Positions 45,270 to 54,507 are shown, counted from the stretch's first letter. The stretch: DNA of 64,000 nucleotides from a virus (IMGVR_UViG_3300036805_000137:18451-82450), one strand, 5' to 3'. The notes: generated by a model not told the origin, from the sequence alone. Numbers and translations: made by a program.

Positions 45270-45655
45270 TGGACGACTCATTGCGTCAATGGCAGGTTCT
45301 GTACGGTACGGGTGATGGCGGTTTGTGGTATGTGCTGCGCGGGCTCTACGGGCGCTTGCCGCCAGAGACATTAGAGGGTGCACCGCTGTTGGGTGATATT
45401 GCTGATGTCATGCGCAAAGTGCTGGATTTCCGCATGCGTGCTGTTGGTGTTCGGCGCAGTACGACACCTACCACCACAGCGAATGCTCTTGAGATTGCAG
45501 AGCGTGTACACGCTACGATGGCTGATGAGCTCGGTATCACCCCGGACTACTTGATTGGCTGCATCAATTTCACTGAGGTACCAGAGCTCACCTGCACCGG
45601 GTGGAGCCGGCTGGCCAAAGCCGCGCATTTCATCACCGCACCTACTATAGGCTAA
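45269..45655 (+). CDS. Hypothetical protein
   Basis: TGATG coupling. Confidence 0.6.
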   Translation: MDDSLRQWQVLYGTGDGGLWYVLRGLYGRLPPETLEGAPLLGDIADVMRKVLDFRMRAVGVRRSTTPTTTANALEIAERVHATMADELGITPDYLIGCINFTEVPELTCTGWSRLAKAAHFITAPTIG

Positions 45656-45659
45656 AGGA

Positions 45660-45881
45660 TTAGGGCAGCGCCTCAATAGATGTGCTGTTATGCACGTCTA
45701 AGCGTAAACCTTTTGACATCTTAAATATGATTAGTAGTTCGATGATGTCGCGTGTTGATCCTTCACGTTCTCGTGCAAATTCTGTTAGCTCATTGGTGAT
45801 GCGCGTGTTTGGTAGACACTCCCATCCGTAATCGAGGCGAAATGCTTGGATGAAACGATCGATTGTTAGTGGTTTAGCCAT
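45660..45881 (-). CDS. Hypothetical protein
   Basis: AGGAG RBS. Confidence 0.6.
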   Translation of the reverse strand: MAKPLTIDRFIQAFRLDYGWECLPNTRITNELTEFAREREGSTRDIIELLIIFKMSKGLRLDVHNSTSIEALP

Positions 45882-45913
45882 GTCTTTGTTCTCCTGATCT
45901 TGTGGTAGTTCGT

Positions 45914-46171
45914 TCAGCTGAGCAGTGTGTGTAACCCCTCGATGTCAGCCACCCGGTAGGCGTGGCGAGGCGAACCCCCCGTCTCTGATGGACGCATACC
46001 CAGATCGGTCAGGTAGCCGTGATCAGCCAGTCTGCTCAGAATCCCGTAGACCACGCTGGTATTGAGGTCTAGTGCAGTCTTGAGCTCACCGCCGTAGTGT
46101 TCGGTATCAGGTGACTTGAGCAGTTCAGCCACAACCGCCCGGACGTGTGTAGTGCGGAACATGGGTGTCAT
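45914..46171 (-). CDS. PadR-like winged-helix regulator
   Basis: HYGGEL...VVYGILSRL...GYL...PRHAYRV; ATGA overlap with the helicase. Confidence 0.75.
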   Translation of the reverse strand: MTPMFRTTHVRAVVAELLKSPDTEHYGGELKTALDLNTSVVYGILSRLADHGYLTDLGMRPSETGGSPRHAYRVADIEGLHTLLS

Positions 46172-47400
46172 CTCCCACGGATGAAATCGAGGACGCGGCG
46201 GCCGAAGCTGGGGGTAGGCAGGAGGCCTACGTCTGCGTAGTTCGTGCGCTGCCACCAGTGACGCTTGGCTGGCTGGCCACTGTTGCGGGGAGTCTGGGGC
46301 ATGCTGCGGTAGCGCGCGTTGCGGATATCAATCAGGGTCATCAGCTCGAACTTGCGAGTCACGCCGACCACATCGAGCACCAGACAGTCTGTCTTGCCAT
46401 CAGCCAGACGCAGCCCGCGGCCTACCATCTGCTCATAGAGGCCCGCTGATTGAGTCATCCTGGCGATGAGCACGCAGGACACCGCGGGGCAATCCCAAGC
46501 CTCAGTGGCCACACCTACGTTGACCATCACGCGTGTCTCACCGGCCGCCAGACGCTTGTAGATGGCGCTGCGGTCCTCGTGCGGGGTTGATCCGATCACG
46601 AGCTCAGTAGCCACTCCAGCGGTCAGGAAAGCATCTACCAGCACGTTGGCACTCTCGATGGTGGGTGCGAAGGCGACCGTGATGCGGTTGTCAGCCTCGC
46701 GTAGCCATCCCTTGACGATGCGCCGTGCGTCTTGCTCGATGACGCTGCCCACGCCGCTGGCGGAAAGATCCCCGGCCACGGTGCGGATGTGATCGAGCGA
46801 CTGGCGCAGCTTGATGACCCGGCCGTGTGGTTCGACCAACCAACCGTGATCGATGGCCCAATCAATGCCCTTGACATCTGCAACGCTGGAGAACAGTGGG
46901 TCGAATGCCTGGCCGTCCGCGCGGTACAGGGTGGCGGTGAAACCAACGGTGCGGGTGCCGTGGCCCTCGAAACAACCAGCCCATGTCATGATATCCCAGT
47001 AGGAATCAGCCATTGCATGGTGGCACTCATCGATGATGAGCATGGTGGGTTTCGGGCAGCTGGCCATCCGCTTGGGCCGGCACAACGTCTGCACCGATGC
47101 GGCGAGGATACGGCAGTGAGTCTCATTGAGGCCAGCCTGGATGCGGCCTACCGGGATGGCTGCGTACTGCGCTACCCGGGCCACGAACTGATCCAGCGGC
47201 TCTGAGCGGTGCGCTATGACCATGGGCCGGCCGCCGGCTAGCGCCTCATCGGTGCACAGTTTCGCGATGATGTCAGTCTTGCCCAGTCCTGTGGCGTGTA
47301 CTACTACGGTACGGTTGATGCCTTGAGCCCACTCGGCTAACACGGCATCGTAACCCTCTTGCTGGTATTCTCTCAGCTGGCGGGTTGTTGTTGTGGTCAT
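46168..47400 (-). CDS. Superfamily 2 DExH helicase, copy B
   Basis: LREYQ, ATGLGKT, IIDECHH, TAT, QMVGRGLR. Confidence 0.9.
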   Translation of the reverse strand: MTTTTTRQLREYQQEGYDAVLAEWAQGINRTVVVHATGLGKTDIIAKLCTDEALAGGRPMVIAHRSEPLDQFVARVAQYAAIPVGRIQAGLNETHCRILAASVQTLCRPKRMASCPKPTMLIIDECHHAMADSYWDIMTWAGCFEGHGTRTVGFTATLYRADGQAFDPLFSSVADVKGIDWAIDHGWLVEPHGRVIKLRQSLDHIRTVAGDLSASGVGSVIEQDARRIVKGWLREADNRITVAFAPTIESANVLVDAFLTAGVATELVIGSTPHEDRSAIYKRLAAGETRVMVNVGVATEAWDCPAVSCVLIARMTQSAGLYEQMVGRGLRLADGKTDCLVLDVVGVTRKFELMTLIDIRNARYRSMPQTPRNSGQPAKRHWWQRTNYADVGLLPTPSFGRRVLDFIRGR

Positions 47401-47407
47401 AGCTCCT

Positions 47408-47436
47408 ACTATGTCAGATCTGACTTAGTCTGTCAA
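47408..47436 (-). promoter_or_regulatory. Promoter with GTCAGATCTGAC operator (copy 1)
   Basis: TTGACA-17-CATAGT; palindrome at 47413-47424. Confidence 0.75.
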
Positions 47437-47485
47437 GTAGCAAAAAATGACCCCGCTGGAACGAAGCCATTTTGTTTGGATTTGG

Positions 47486-47635
47486 TTAGTCTTCGTCTTC
47501 GGCTGGTCTACCGTTTCTGATCCAGGCGATGGTCTGGGCAGCTTCTGTGTCTGTGAATTCGCCTTTTTGAGCAAGAGATCGTAGGCCACGGACAGTCCCT
47601 TGATCCCAGTCGCTCAGCTCGCTGATTTCTTTCAT
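47486..47635 (-). CDS. 49-aa protein
   Basis: Translated by hand: MKEISELSDWDQGTVRGL...; GAAAGGA RBS. Confidence 0.6.
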   Translation of the reverse strand: MKEISELSDWDQGTVRGLRSLAQKGEFTDTEAAQTIAWIRNGRPAEDED

Positions 47636-47668
47636 CAGATATTCCTTTCGTTTTCCGTTGTTGATACT

Positions 47669-47697
47669 AGTATGTCAGATCTGACTTAGTTTGTCAA
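47669..47697 (-). promoter_or_regulatory. Promoter with GTCAGATCTGAC operator (copy 2)
   Basis: TTGACA-17-CATACT; palindrome at 47674-47685. Confidence 0.75.
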
Positions 47698-47722
47698 CCC
47701 CTTGACTCACGGAGGTAGTGGC

Positions 47723-48256
47723 GTGCCTAGTCCAGCACAATTGTCTGACCTGGCGCCGTATACCTCACATGATGGCGAGGTGGTCACAGCTGGGTGTTTC
47801 GGGGTATCACACGGAGCTGGTATGACGGGTGCGTTGGTTCGCCACGCTACAAACTCATGGGCTGGCCACGCGTTTGTGTATATCGGTAACGGGCAGATGG
47901 TTCAGGGTGTGCCGCCAGTCGCGGATATTGTACCGGCTTATGTTTATCCAGAGTCGGTGTGGAACAGCCGTGAGGTAATCAGCGAGAATGCTCGAATGGC
48001 TATTGTAGCCCGGGCTTACGCGCTGGTCGGCACTCCCTATGACTGGCCGGCATATGTGGGTTTCGGTTTGGAGCTGTTGCATCTGCGTTCTGGTACTCAG
48101 TTGGATAGTGTGTTTCGTCAGGATCAATGGCGGGTGTGTTCGGCACTAGTCGCGGATTGCTATGCACGTGCGGGTATTCTGCTAGAGGTTAACGGGCAGG
48201 ATCCCAATCTGGTATCACCAGCGGATTTATACAGGCGCATACAGTCGCAGAGTTGA
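47723..48256 (+). CDS. Permuted papain-like NlpC/P60 (YiiX/YebB-like) amidase
   Basis: GHAFVY precedes GTPYD...VCSALVADCY...SPADL (His before Cys). Confidence 0.85.
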   Translation: MPSPAQLSDLAPYTSHDGEVVTAGCFGVSHGAGMTGALVRHATNSWAGHAFVYIGNGQMVQGVPPVADIVPAYVYPESVWNSREVISENARMAIVARAYALVGTPYDWPAYVGFGLELLHLRSGTQLDSVFRQDQWRVCSALVADCYARAGILLEVNGQDPNLVSPADLYRRIQSQS

Positions 48257-48278
48257 TTAACCTTGTGTGGGGGTTGTG

Positions 48279-48761
48279 ATGGCAACGCGGCGAGGCCGGG
48301 GGCTCTACATCCAGATAGGTGAGGTGATTCACCACGTGATGCAGTATAGCTGGCTATCCCGCATGTTCCGCCGTATCCAATTGTCGCAGACGCCGATTGT
48401 ACTACCCGAGACAATGGTAGCGTTGGGGTTTATCGCTACCATATTCGGTCATCGTTCCGCGGCGGCGTTTGCTGATCTCACCGCTGACTGGGGAGTCCGC
48501 GCGATGGGTGCTGTTCTTATTCTAGGTGGTGGTTTGATCACGTGGAGCTACATCAGATATGATGCATTTAAGGAAACAATCGGTTTGGTGTTCTGTGCGT
48601 TAGGCACAGCGATCTACAGCTTTAGTGTGCTGTGGTCATTAGGTATTCAGGGTCTGTTCACGGGTGTGGGTTTCGCAGGTATGGCCATGGTGTTTATTTC
48701 CCGGGTATATTTCATTATTCTTGCGCAACGCTCGCGCCGGCAGATTCGGGAGGCTGGATGA
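48279..48761 (+). CDS. Four-TM membrane protein
   Basis: Four hydrophobic segments. Confidence 0.7.
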   Translation: MATRRGRGLYIQIGEVIHHVMQYSWLSRMFRRIQLSQTPIVLPETMVALGFIATIFGHRSAAAFADLTADWGVRAMGAVLILGGGLITWSYIRYDAFKETIGLVFCALGTAIYSFSVLWSLGIQGLFTGVGFAGMAMVFISRVYFIILAQRSRRQIREAG

Positions 48762-49180
48762 ATACGGAGGTAATAGCTGCACTCAGTGCTGCCGCTGCAT
48801 CATTGATTGTATTCCTATTTACCCGGCGAGCTCAACTACGTGGATTGAACACCACCTCAGATGCAACTATTGTCAACTCAGCGGCAACGTTGGTCACCTC
48901 GCTCGAAACGCAGGTCAATAACCTCACCACGCGCTTGGCAAACAATGAGGCTGCCCGCACCGCTGATCAACTGGACAACATCACCAAACTGAACATTGCC
49001 CATGGTGAGAATACCCGGATAGCCCAGATCGTAGCCGGATTGCAAACCGATTTGGACATTGCCAAGCGGCAGTCCGCGGCAGTAGCCGGTTTGCAGATTG
49101 ATTTGGCTGAGGCCAAGCGGCAGCTTGTGGAGCTCCGTGAGCGTGTGGTCAACGGTAACAGCGGATCTACTCGCAGTTAG
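48758..49180 (+). CDS. TM-anchored coiled-coil protein
   Basis: N-terminal TM, RRAQLR, heptad repeats. Confidence 0.7.
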   Translation: MNTEVIAALSAAAASLIVFLFTRRAQLRGLNTTSDATIVNSAATLVTSLETQVNNLTTRLANNEAARTADQLDNITKLNIAHGENTRIAQIVAGLQTDLDIAKRQSAAVAGLQIDLAEAKRQLVELRERVVNGNSGSTRS

Positions 49181-49651
49181 AGCTACTGACCCCGCTGGCC
49201 CCGGGTGGTGGTGTAGTCGGCTCGCTGGGCGGTTGGTCTACCGGGATGATCCAGTCCCCCGGATGCGGTCTCTCGCGTGGCCATGGCCAGTACCGGCGAT
49301 ACCAACGCAGCTGCCCGATGCCATCACTGCTTGCCGACCAACGGCGCCGGCACTCGATGCACTGCACCACAGCGCCAGGATCAGCCTGGGTGGGTAGGTC
49401 GCAGTAGTGTGGTGCTGTTCCCTGCCGTAGCCACCTGACATCCATGCAGGCCATCCTATATGGGCCACACGTAGCACCACGTGTAGGTGTTCCCGTACCA
49501 GTGATGGCCACAGGTAGGGCAGTAACTAATGCCCTTGTAGTAGTTGTTTCCATGGGCCAAGGCTGATAGCAGCATCTGTGCCGGTGCTCGTGTGCGTAGG
49601 TAGCAGGTAGGGCAGGGTGTGGTAGGTGGTGCAGGCTGCATGCAGGTCAGC

Positions 49652-49873
49652 CTAGAGCAGGTATGCGGTGATGATGTGGAGCACACCATGCCAGGCTGAA
49701 TCATCAGGGACTAGTAGCACTGCGATGCTGAGCACACGGTGGGTGAGTAGGCCAATGAGGAAGATGATACCTAGTAGCCTGAGTAGGGATACCTTGTGAC
49801 CTAGTACCTTGATGTTCCTACTACTCTGCCTGCTACGGGTGGTGGGTCTGAGTGATGTTGTCCTCGATGCCAT
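49652..49873 (-). CDS. Small membrane protein, probably leaderless
   Basis: ATG49873 lies 6 nt after the -10 box; two hydrophobic stretches. Confidence 0.55.
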   Translation of the reverse strand: MASRTTSLRPTTRSRQSSRNIKVLGHKVSLLRLLGIIFLIGLLTHRVLSIAVLLVPDDSAWHGVLHIITAYLL

Positions 49874-49879
49874 ACACAT

Positions 49880-49908
49880 AGTATGTCAGATCTGACTTAG
49901 TTAGTCAA
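49880..49908 (-). promoter_or_regulatory. Promoter with GTCAGATCTGAC operator (copy 3)
   Basis: TTGACT-17-CATACT; palindrome at 49885-49896. Confidence 0.75.
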
Positions 49909-49909
49909 G

Positions 49910-50210
49910 GTTGTACGTGTGATTGTTCTATTCATGTGTGTGATTGGTTATTCATTCATGCATGCACTACTAATGCATGATGTGTGTACACACAATCATC
50001 ACGAGCTCGTGTACACAATTGGTTGCAATCGCAAATAGCATCATCAAATGAATAAATAATAATTGCACGTGCAAATCATGTGGTCATATTGTATATGTAC
50101 ATGATCATATGAATAATAAGTAATTGCACATGCAAAGTTGATCATTGGCATTCTTTTTTAGGGATTAAAGATTGGAGACCGGCCTGTCTCCGGCATTTCT
50201 CTCTCCAGCG
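49910..50210. other. AT-rich non-coding region with nested repeats; candidate genome-end/packaging (cos) region
   Basis: Direct and inverted ATGAATA arms, TTGCAC(G/A)TGCAA twice, GTGTACAC twice, TTTTTTAGG...TTTCTCTCTCC. Confidence 0.5.
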
Positions 50211-50400
50211 GTTTATGCGAATAGTGGATCACACTTTATGCAGCCGGTATGCAGCCCGGGTGAATAGCGCGGAATGGTAAAGAATGGAGAAAGGGAATGG
50301 TCAAGTGGATTGCAATAGCCGCCATTGTATTGGTAGGCGGAACAATCGTCGTGCGTAAAGTCATGCTAAAGTCTATCAATTCCATGGTAAAGGAATAGGG

Positions 50401-50826
50401 ATGCACCAACGCAATTACTATGAGGTTTTTCTGCTATTGCTCACTATGGCTTTCGCTGTCCAGTTCGGATTGACCAATGAGGGTGTGGTCACCGCCACGT
50501 TCCCATTCTGGGCGCGATTGATCTGGTACGTCGGGCTCCTACTCAGCGCCATTGTTGCCGCCATCGGGGAAATGGTGTTCACCAATCTAGCTCTCGTGGT
50601 CGAGCGCGCGGCGCTGCTATTCATGACTGGACTCGTCATGGCGTACGCGCTGGCATTCATCATTGCCGGCATTCGCACCAGCACGTTTGGTCATGTCACT
50701 TACGTGGCACTAGCGCTGATCCTGTTTGCAGTCGTGAATTACGAGCGCGCTAGGCAGATCAGACATTATATACGGGGCCTGACTAAAGTCTACGCAACGC
50801 TACCCACTGCAGGAGGCACCCGTTGA
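50401..50826 (+). CDS. Four-TM membrane protein
   Basis: Four hydrophobic segments; same layout as 48279-48761. Confidence 0.75.
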   Translation: MHQRNYYEVFLLLLTMAFAVQFGLTNEGVVTATFPFWARLIWYVGLLLSAIVAAIGEMVFTNLALVVERAALLFMTGLVMAYALAFIIAGIRTSTFGHVTYVALALILFAVVNYERARQIRHYIRGLTKVYATLPTAGGTR

Positions 50827-51038
50827 GCGTAGGAGACGTAGCCGCTGCGGTGATCCCCTCGCTGTCCGCGTTGACTGGTCTCATCACGGCGCTGGCGACC
50901 CTCACGAGCTCGCGGGCGCAGCTGCGCAAGCTGACCGATGAGGCTGACCGCACGGGCGTTCCCGCGGTGCCAGGGGCAGTCACAAGCGCACTGGTGGGAG
51001 AGCTGGGCCGGGCGCGGGCAAAGCTGGGCAAGAGATGA
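50823..51038 (+). CDS. Small TM protein
   Basis: N-terminal TM, SRAQLR. Confidence 0.6.
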   Translation: MSVGDVAAAVIPSLSALTGLITALATLTSSRAQLRKLTDEADRTGVPAVPGAVTSALVGELGRARAKLGKR

Positions 51039-51093
51039 CTGTGCGGTACCCTCGCGGTTGCTCGCTGGCGCCGGCAGGACTGGAGATCTTCAC

Positions 51094-51444
51094 ATGGCAG
51101 TGACTGAGCTCATCGCATCCATTCGGCCCGTGTTTGCAGAAGCAATTGAGAAAGCATCCTGGGGCGAGGATCTGGTATGGGATATCAATTGGGCAATAGT
51201 CCCTACACCCAACGGACCGATCACGTCTTATGTCTGTTACGTCCACTGCGCCGCGCTGCACATGCTAGGCGCCTATCTGCAGCGGACGTTTATTGTCCCG
51301 ATTGGTGCGCCGGAATCTGCTATTGAGAACGTTGTAAATGAGCAGATCAAGGGCCTGATGGCTGAGCGCACTCGGCTACTCACCACAGCTAACAATGGCG
51401 GCAACAGCGAGCCACAAGCGCCACCCGGTATCATCATGCCGTGA
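51094..51444 (+). CDS. Hypothetical protein
   Basis: GGAG RBS. Confidence 0.65.
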   Translation: MAVTELIASIRPVFAEAIEKASWGEDLVWDINWAIVPTPNGPITSYVCYVHCAALHMLGAYLQRTFIVPIGAPESAIENVVNEQIKGLMAERTRLLTTANNGGNSEPQAPPGIIMP

Positions 51445-51613
51445 TGAATCCGATAAACCACAGGATGAATCCGACTAGCATCAGTACCCCGCCAACAAAG
51501 CTGGCGATGCTGCCCGGCCACCAGAAAGTAAGGGTCAGCCCGGTGAGGATGGACCCGATGACACCGAGGAACCGGCGGGCATACCGCGGGCCATTAGCGT
51601 AGCGGTTGGTCAT
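51434..51613 (-). CDS. Two-TM membrane protein
   Basis: MTNRYANG..., two helices. Confidence 0.55.
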   Translation of the reverse strand: MTNRYANGPRYARRFLGVIGSILTGLTLTFWWPGSIASFVGGVLMLVGFILWFIGFITA

Positions 51614-51803
51614 CGAGGATTTCCCACGCCGGGTAGTGCACGACACGTCTAGCCAGCCTGCGATGAGGCGCGATGGTGGCGAACAGATAGGCCTCATGCT
51701 CATTATCAAAGTAGGTAACCTCACCGTCTTGCGGGTGCGGGCCGGTAAATGAGCACCACTCGGTTTTGTCATATGGTTCATTGGTGATAGGTTCGTTAGT
51801 CAT
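51594..51803 (-). CDS. Hypothetical protein
   Basis: GAAAGTGAG RBS. Confidence 0.6.
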   Translation of the reverse strand: MTNEPITNEPYDKTEWCSFTGPHPQDGEVTYFDNEHEAYLFATIAPHRRLARRVVHYPAWEILDDQPLR

Positions 51804-52208
51804 TGTGTTCTCACTTTCGGGTGATAATGACGTGGGCGCCCTGATCCGGCTGGCCCGGCGTCCCCTTTGACAACGTAGTAGCCCAGCTGAGCATATTCGT
51901 CAAGCGTCACACCGACCCGTAAATGACCGCTCGTTCATTTGTTTCTCACTTTCATCCATTGGCGGGCACAAACTGTAAGCCACAAAAGACAGCACAATAC
52001 AATTATTATCTGAATGGCTGACACGGGTTACTCCTCATGGTAGATGCCGATACCCAACAATGCGGTATTCGGTCGTTTGCCGTTCGGTACGCCGCCGCGC
52101 CGCCCGTGGAGTACACCTAATGTTAGCGTCAGTGCGTATGGCGATAGTAGCAAGAGAATAAAAAGTATCCAGCCCCACCACGGCAGAATCATGTGAGGGA
52201 GTATAGCA

Positions 52209-52625
52209 ATGCCTGATCCTCGAAACAGTGCACCACGCACCCGCCAGGTGCAACGCCACACCACCGCTACCACGGTGCCTGCCCCGGCCGCGGGCGCGGT
52301 AGCCCGCTCTACAGCTGCCCAGCTGCGCCGTGAGTCGCTACACCGCATCCCTGAGTTGCCGGTTGATGAGGGCAACGCTCATCCGCCGATGCCGGATCCA
52401 CCCACGGGTGATCACGGGATTGTGGAGCTCGCCGCGGATGACGCCTCGCCGGCATCGGGCACCGGTCAGCCTGATGAGGATGACGACAAAGACAAAGATG
52501 AGCGCAGTAGGCGGCTACGGCGTGAGGAAGACAGCGATGATCAGGACGCGGGCGCCAAAGCTGATGATGGCGGGGCGGCCAAAGATCCTGATCCCGATGA
52601 TGAGAAACCCGCACCCAAATCCTGA
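52209..52625 (+). CDS. Acidic, disordered protein upstream of terminase
   Basis: GAGGGAG RBS; Asp-rich. Confidence 0.6.
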   Translation: MPDPRNSAPRTRQVQRHTTATTVPAPAAGAVARSTAAQLRRESLHRIPELPVDEGNAHPPMPDPPTGDHGIVELAADDASPASGTGQPDEDDDKDKDERSRRLRREEDSDDQDAGAKADDGGAAKDPDPDDEKPAPKS

Positions 52626-52631
52626 TCACTG

Positions 52632-52961
52632 ATGGCCGATGCGCGTGCATACATCACTGTCCTAGAGGCATATGAGGATCAGGTCCGGCAATTATCTGCT
52701 GAGTTGCAGTTAGCGGAATGCGGACTGATCGAGATCGGCCGGCGGCACGCGCAGGACTTCGACAAAGGACACGAACCATCGGGCGGTGGTGTTCAGCGGG
52801 TATTGACTGAGCTCCGCAAATTACATCGTGAGTGGAGTAGTCTACTGCCCGCTGACCAGCCGCGAAGTGAGCTAGATGCTGTCAGAGCTAAGCGAAATCA
52901 AAGGTTGTCAGACTCCCCGGATCTGCAGCGTCCCCCCGTGGGTGACGACAGCGGGGCCTGA
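52632..52961 (+). CDS. Terminase small subunit (probable)
   Basis: Helical; C-terminal SELDAVRAKR overlapping terL. Confidence 0.6.
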   Translation: MADARAYITVLEAYEDQVRQLSAELQLAECGLIEIGRRHAQDFDKGHEPSGGGVQRVLTELRKLHREWSSLLPADQPRSELDAVRAKRNQRLSDSPDLQRPPVGDDSGA

Positions 52962-54411
52962 TGCGGTTGAGCTCGGTCGGTTAGCCGGCCTGCCGCTCGA
53001 TGAGTGGCAATGCGATGTGCTGGACGGTGCGCTAGGGCTGAGTGAGAATCGCACCTGGGCGGCACCAGAGATCGGCCTTGTGGTGGGCCGGCAGAACGGA
53101 AAGAGCACCATCGCGGAAGTAGCCAGCCTAGAGGGATTGTACCTGCGCAAGGCCAAGCTCGTGTACACGGCGCACCTGATGGCCACGAGCAGAAAAATGC
53201 GCGAGCGGATACAGTTACTCATCGAATCCTACCCGGATTTCGACAAAGAGGTAAAGCAGATACGTACGGCCAATGAGGAACAATCCATAGTACTGAAACC
53301 GCCCAAGGCACCATTGCTTATCACCTCAACATCCCGCGGGACGAAAGGCCGTGCGGTAGAGGGTGCCCGTATTGATTTCGTAGCACGGACCGGCAGCGCA
53401 GCCCGGGGTTGGGCCGGCTATGATGTCATTTTCTTTGATGAGGCATTTGCCCTGACCGCTGAAATGGTCGGTGCACTCATGCCCATTATGTTTGCTAAAG
53501 CACACTGGCAGATCTGGTATCTGTCCATGGGCGGCAAACTGGAATCCAGCGCGCTGCGGTCGGTGCGTGAGCGCGGCATCGCTGGTGATCCAGAAGTGGC
53601 CTACTACGAGTGGTCGGTAGATGAGATCGAGTACGGAGCCAATCCACGTGCGGTGGCTGCCGACCCGCGGCAATGGGCCAGAGCCAACCCTGCGCTCAAC
53701 TATGAGGTGCCCGGCCGCTACCTCACCCTCGCTACGCTCTCCCGGGCGCAACGCTCGATGGACCCGCTCATCTTTGCTCGTGAGGTGCTGTGCATCTTCG
53801 AGGATCCCCGCGGCGCACCGCTGATCAACCTCATTGCCTGGGCGCGCAACGCCGACCTCGCCAGCCAGATCAGCTCAGGCACCGTGTTTGCCTTCGACTG
53901 CACACCGGGCCTGACACACGGCTGCATCGGTGTGGCCGGCTTTCGGACCGATGGCATCCCGCACGCGGAGATCACGGGCGCAGACGGCGTGCTAGACCAC
54001 CGTGAGGGCACTGAGTGGATGGTTGACCGCATCGTAGAGCTCAACGACACCTGGCAGCCCGTGGCCTGGGTGTGCGATGCCACCGGGCCGGGCCGGGCTC
54101 TGCTCATCGAGCTGCAGAAGCGCGGCATCGAGCCCTATGAGGTCACCGCTACCGAGCTAGGCCAAGCGTGCGGCGAATTCCTCAACGCAGCTCACCACCC
54201 GGACGCCGACAAAATCCGCCACCTCAACCAAGTGGTGGTCATCGAGGCAATCAAGTCGCTGCAGAAACGAGACATCGGTGATGGTGCCTGGGCCTGGGGA
54301 CGCAAGGCGAGCGAATATAACATTTCATCTGTAATGGTGCTCACGCTCGCGCTGCACGGTCTGGCAGTGTTTGGCATTAATATGTATGACCTCATGCAGT
54401 CAGTGCACTGA
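52876..54411 (+). CDS. terL: Terminase large subunit
   Basis: LDEWQ, VGRQNGKS, YTAH, RG...IFFDEA, ANPAL, nuclease AFD. Confidence 0.95.
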   Translation: MLSELSEIKGCQTPRICSVPPWVTTAGPDAVELGRLAGLPLDEWQCDVLDGALGLSENRTWAAPEIGLVVGRQNGKSTIAEVASLEGLYLRKAKLVYTAHLMATSRKMRERIQLLIESYPDFDKEVKQIRTANEEQSIVLKPPKAPLLITSTSRGTKGRAVEGARIDFVARTGSAARGWAGYDVIFFDEAFALTAEMVGALMPIMFAKAHWQIWYLSMGGKLESSALRSVRERGIAGDPEVAYYEWSVDEIEYGANPRAVAADPRQWARANPALNYEVPGRYLTLATLSRAQRSMDPLIFAREVLCIFEDPRGAPLINLIAWARNADLASQISSGTVFAFDCTPGLTHGCIGVAGFRTDGIPHAEITGADGVLDHREGTEWMVDRIVELNDTWQPVAWVCDATGPGRALLIELQKRGIEPYEVTATELGQACGEFLNAAHHPDADKIRHLNQVVVIEAIKSLQKRDIGDGAWAWGRKASEYNISSVMVLTLALHGLAVFGINMYDLMQSVH

Positions 54412-54418
54412 TGTTAGG

Positions 54419-54473
54419 TGGAATGCAGCGGAACGGAATCGAACCGTCAAGCCTGGCACTCTCGCTGCATCCC
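54419..54473 (-). ncRNA. tRNA top-half (acceptor + T-arm) mimic lacking D and anticodon arms
   Basis: GGGAUGCAGCG...GACGG-UUCGAUU-CCGUU-C-CGCUGCAU-U-CCA. Confidence 0.35.
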
Positions 54474-54507
54474 TGGGCGCCCGTGCCAACGTAAGGCAGT
54501 GTATCAG

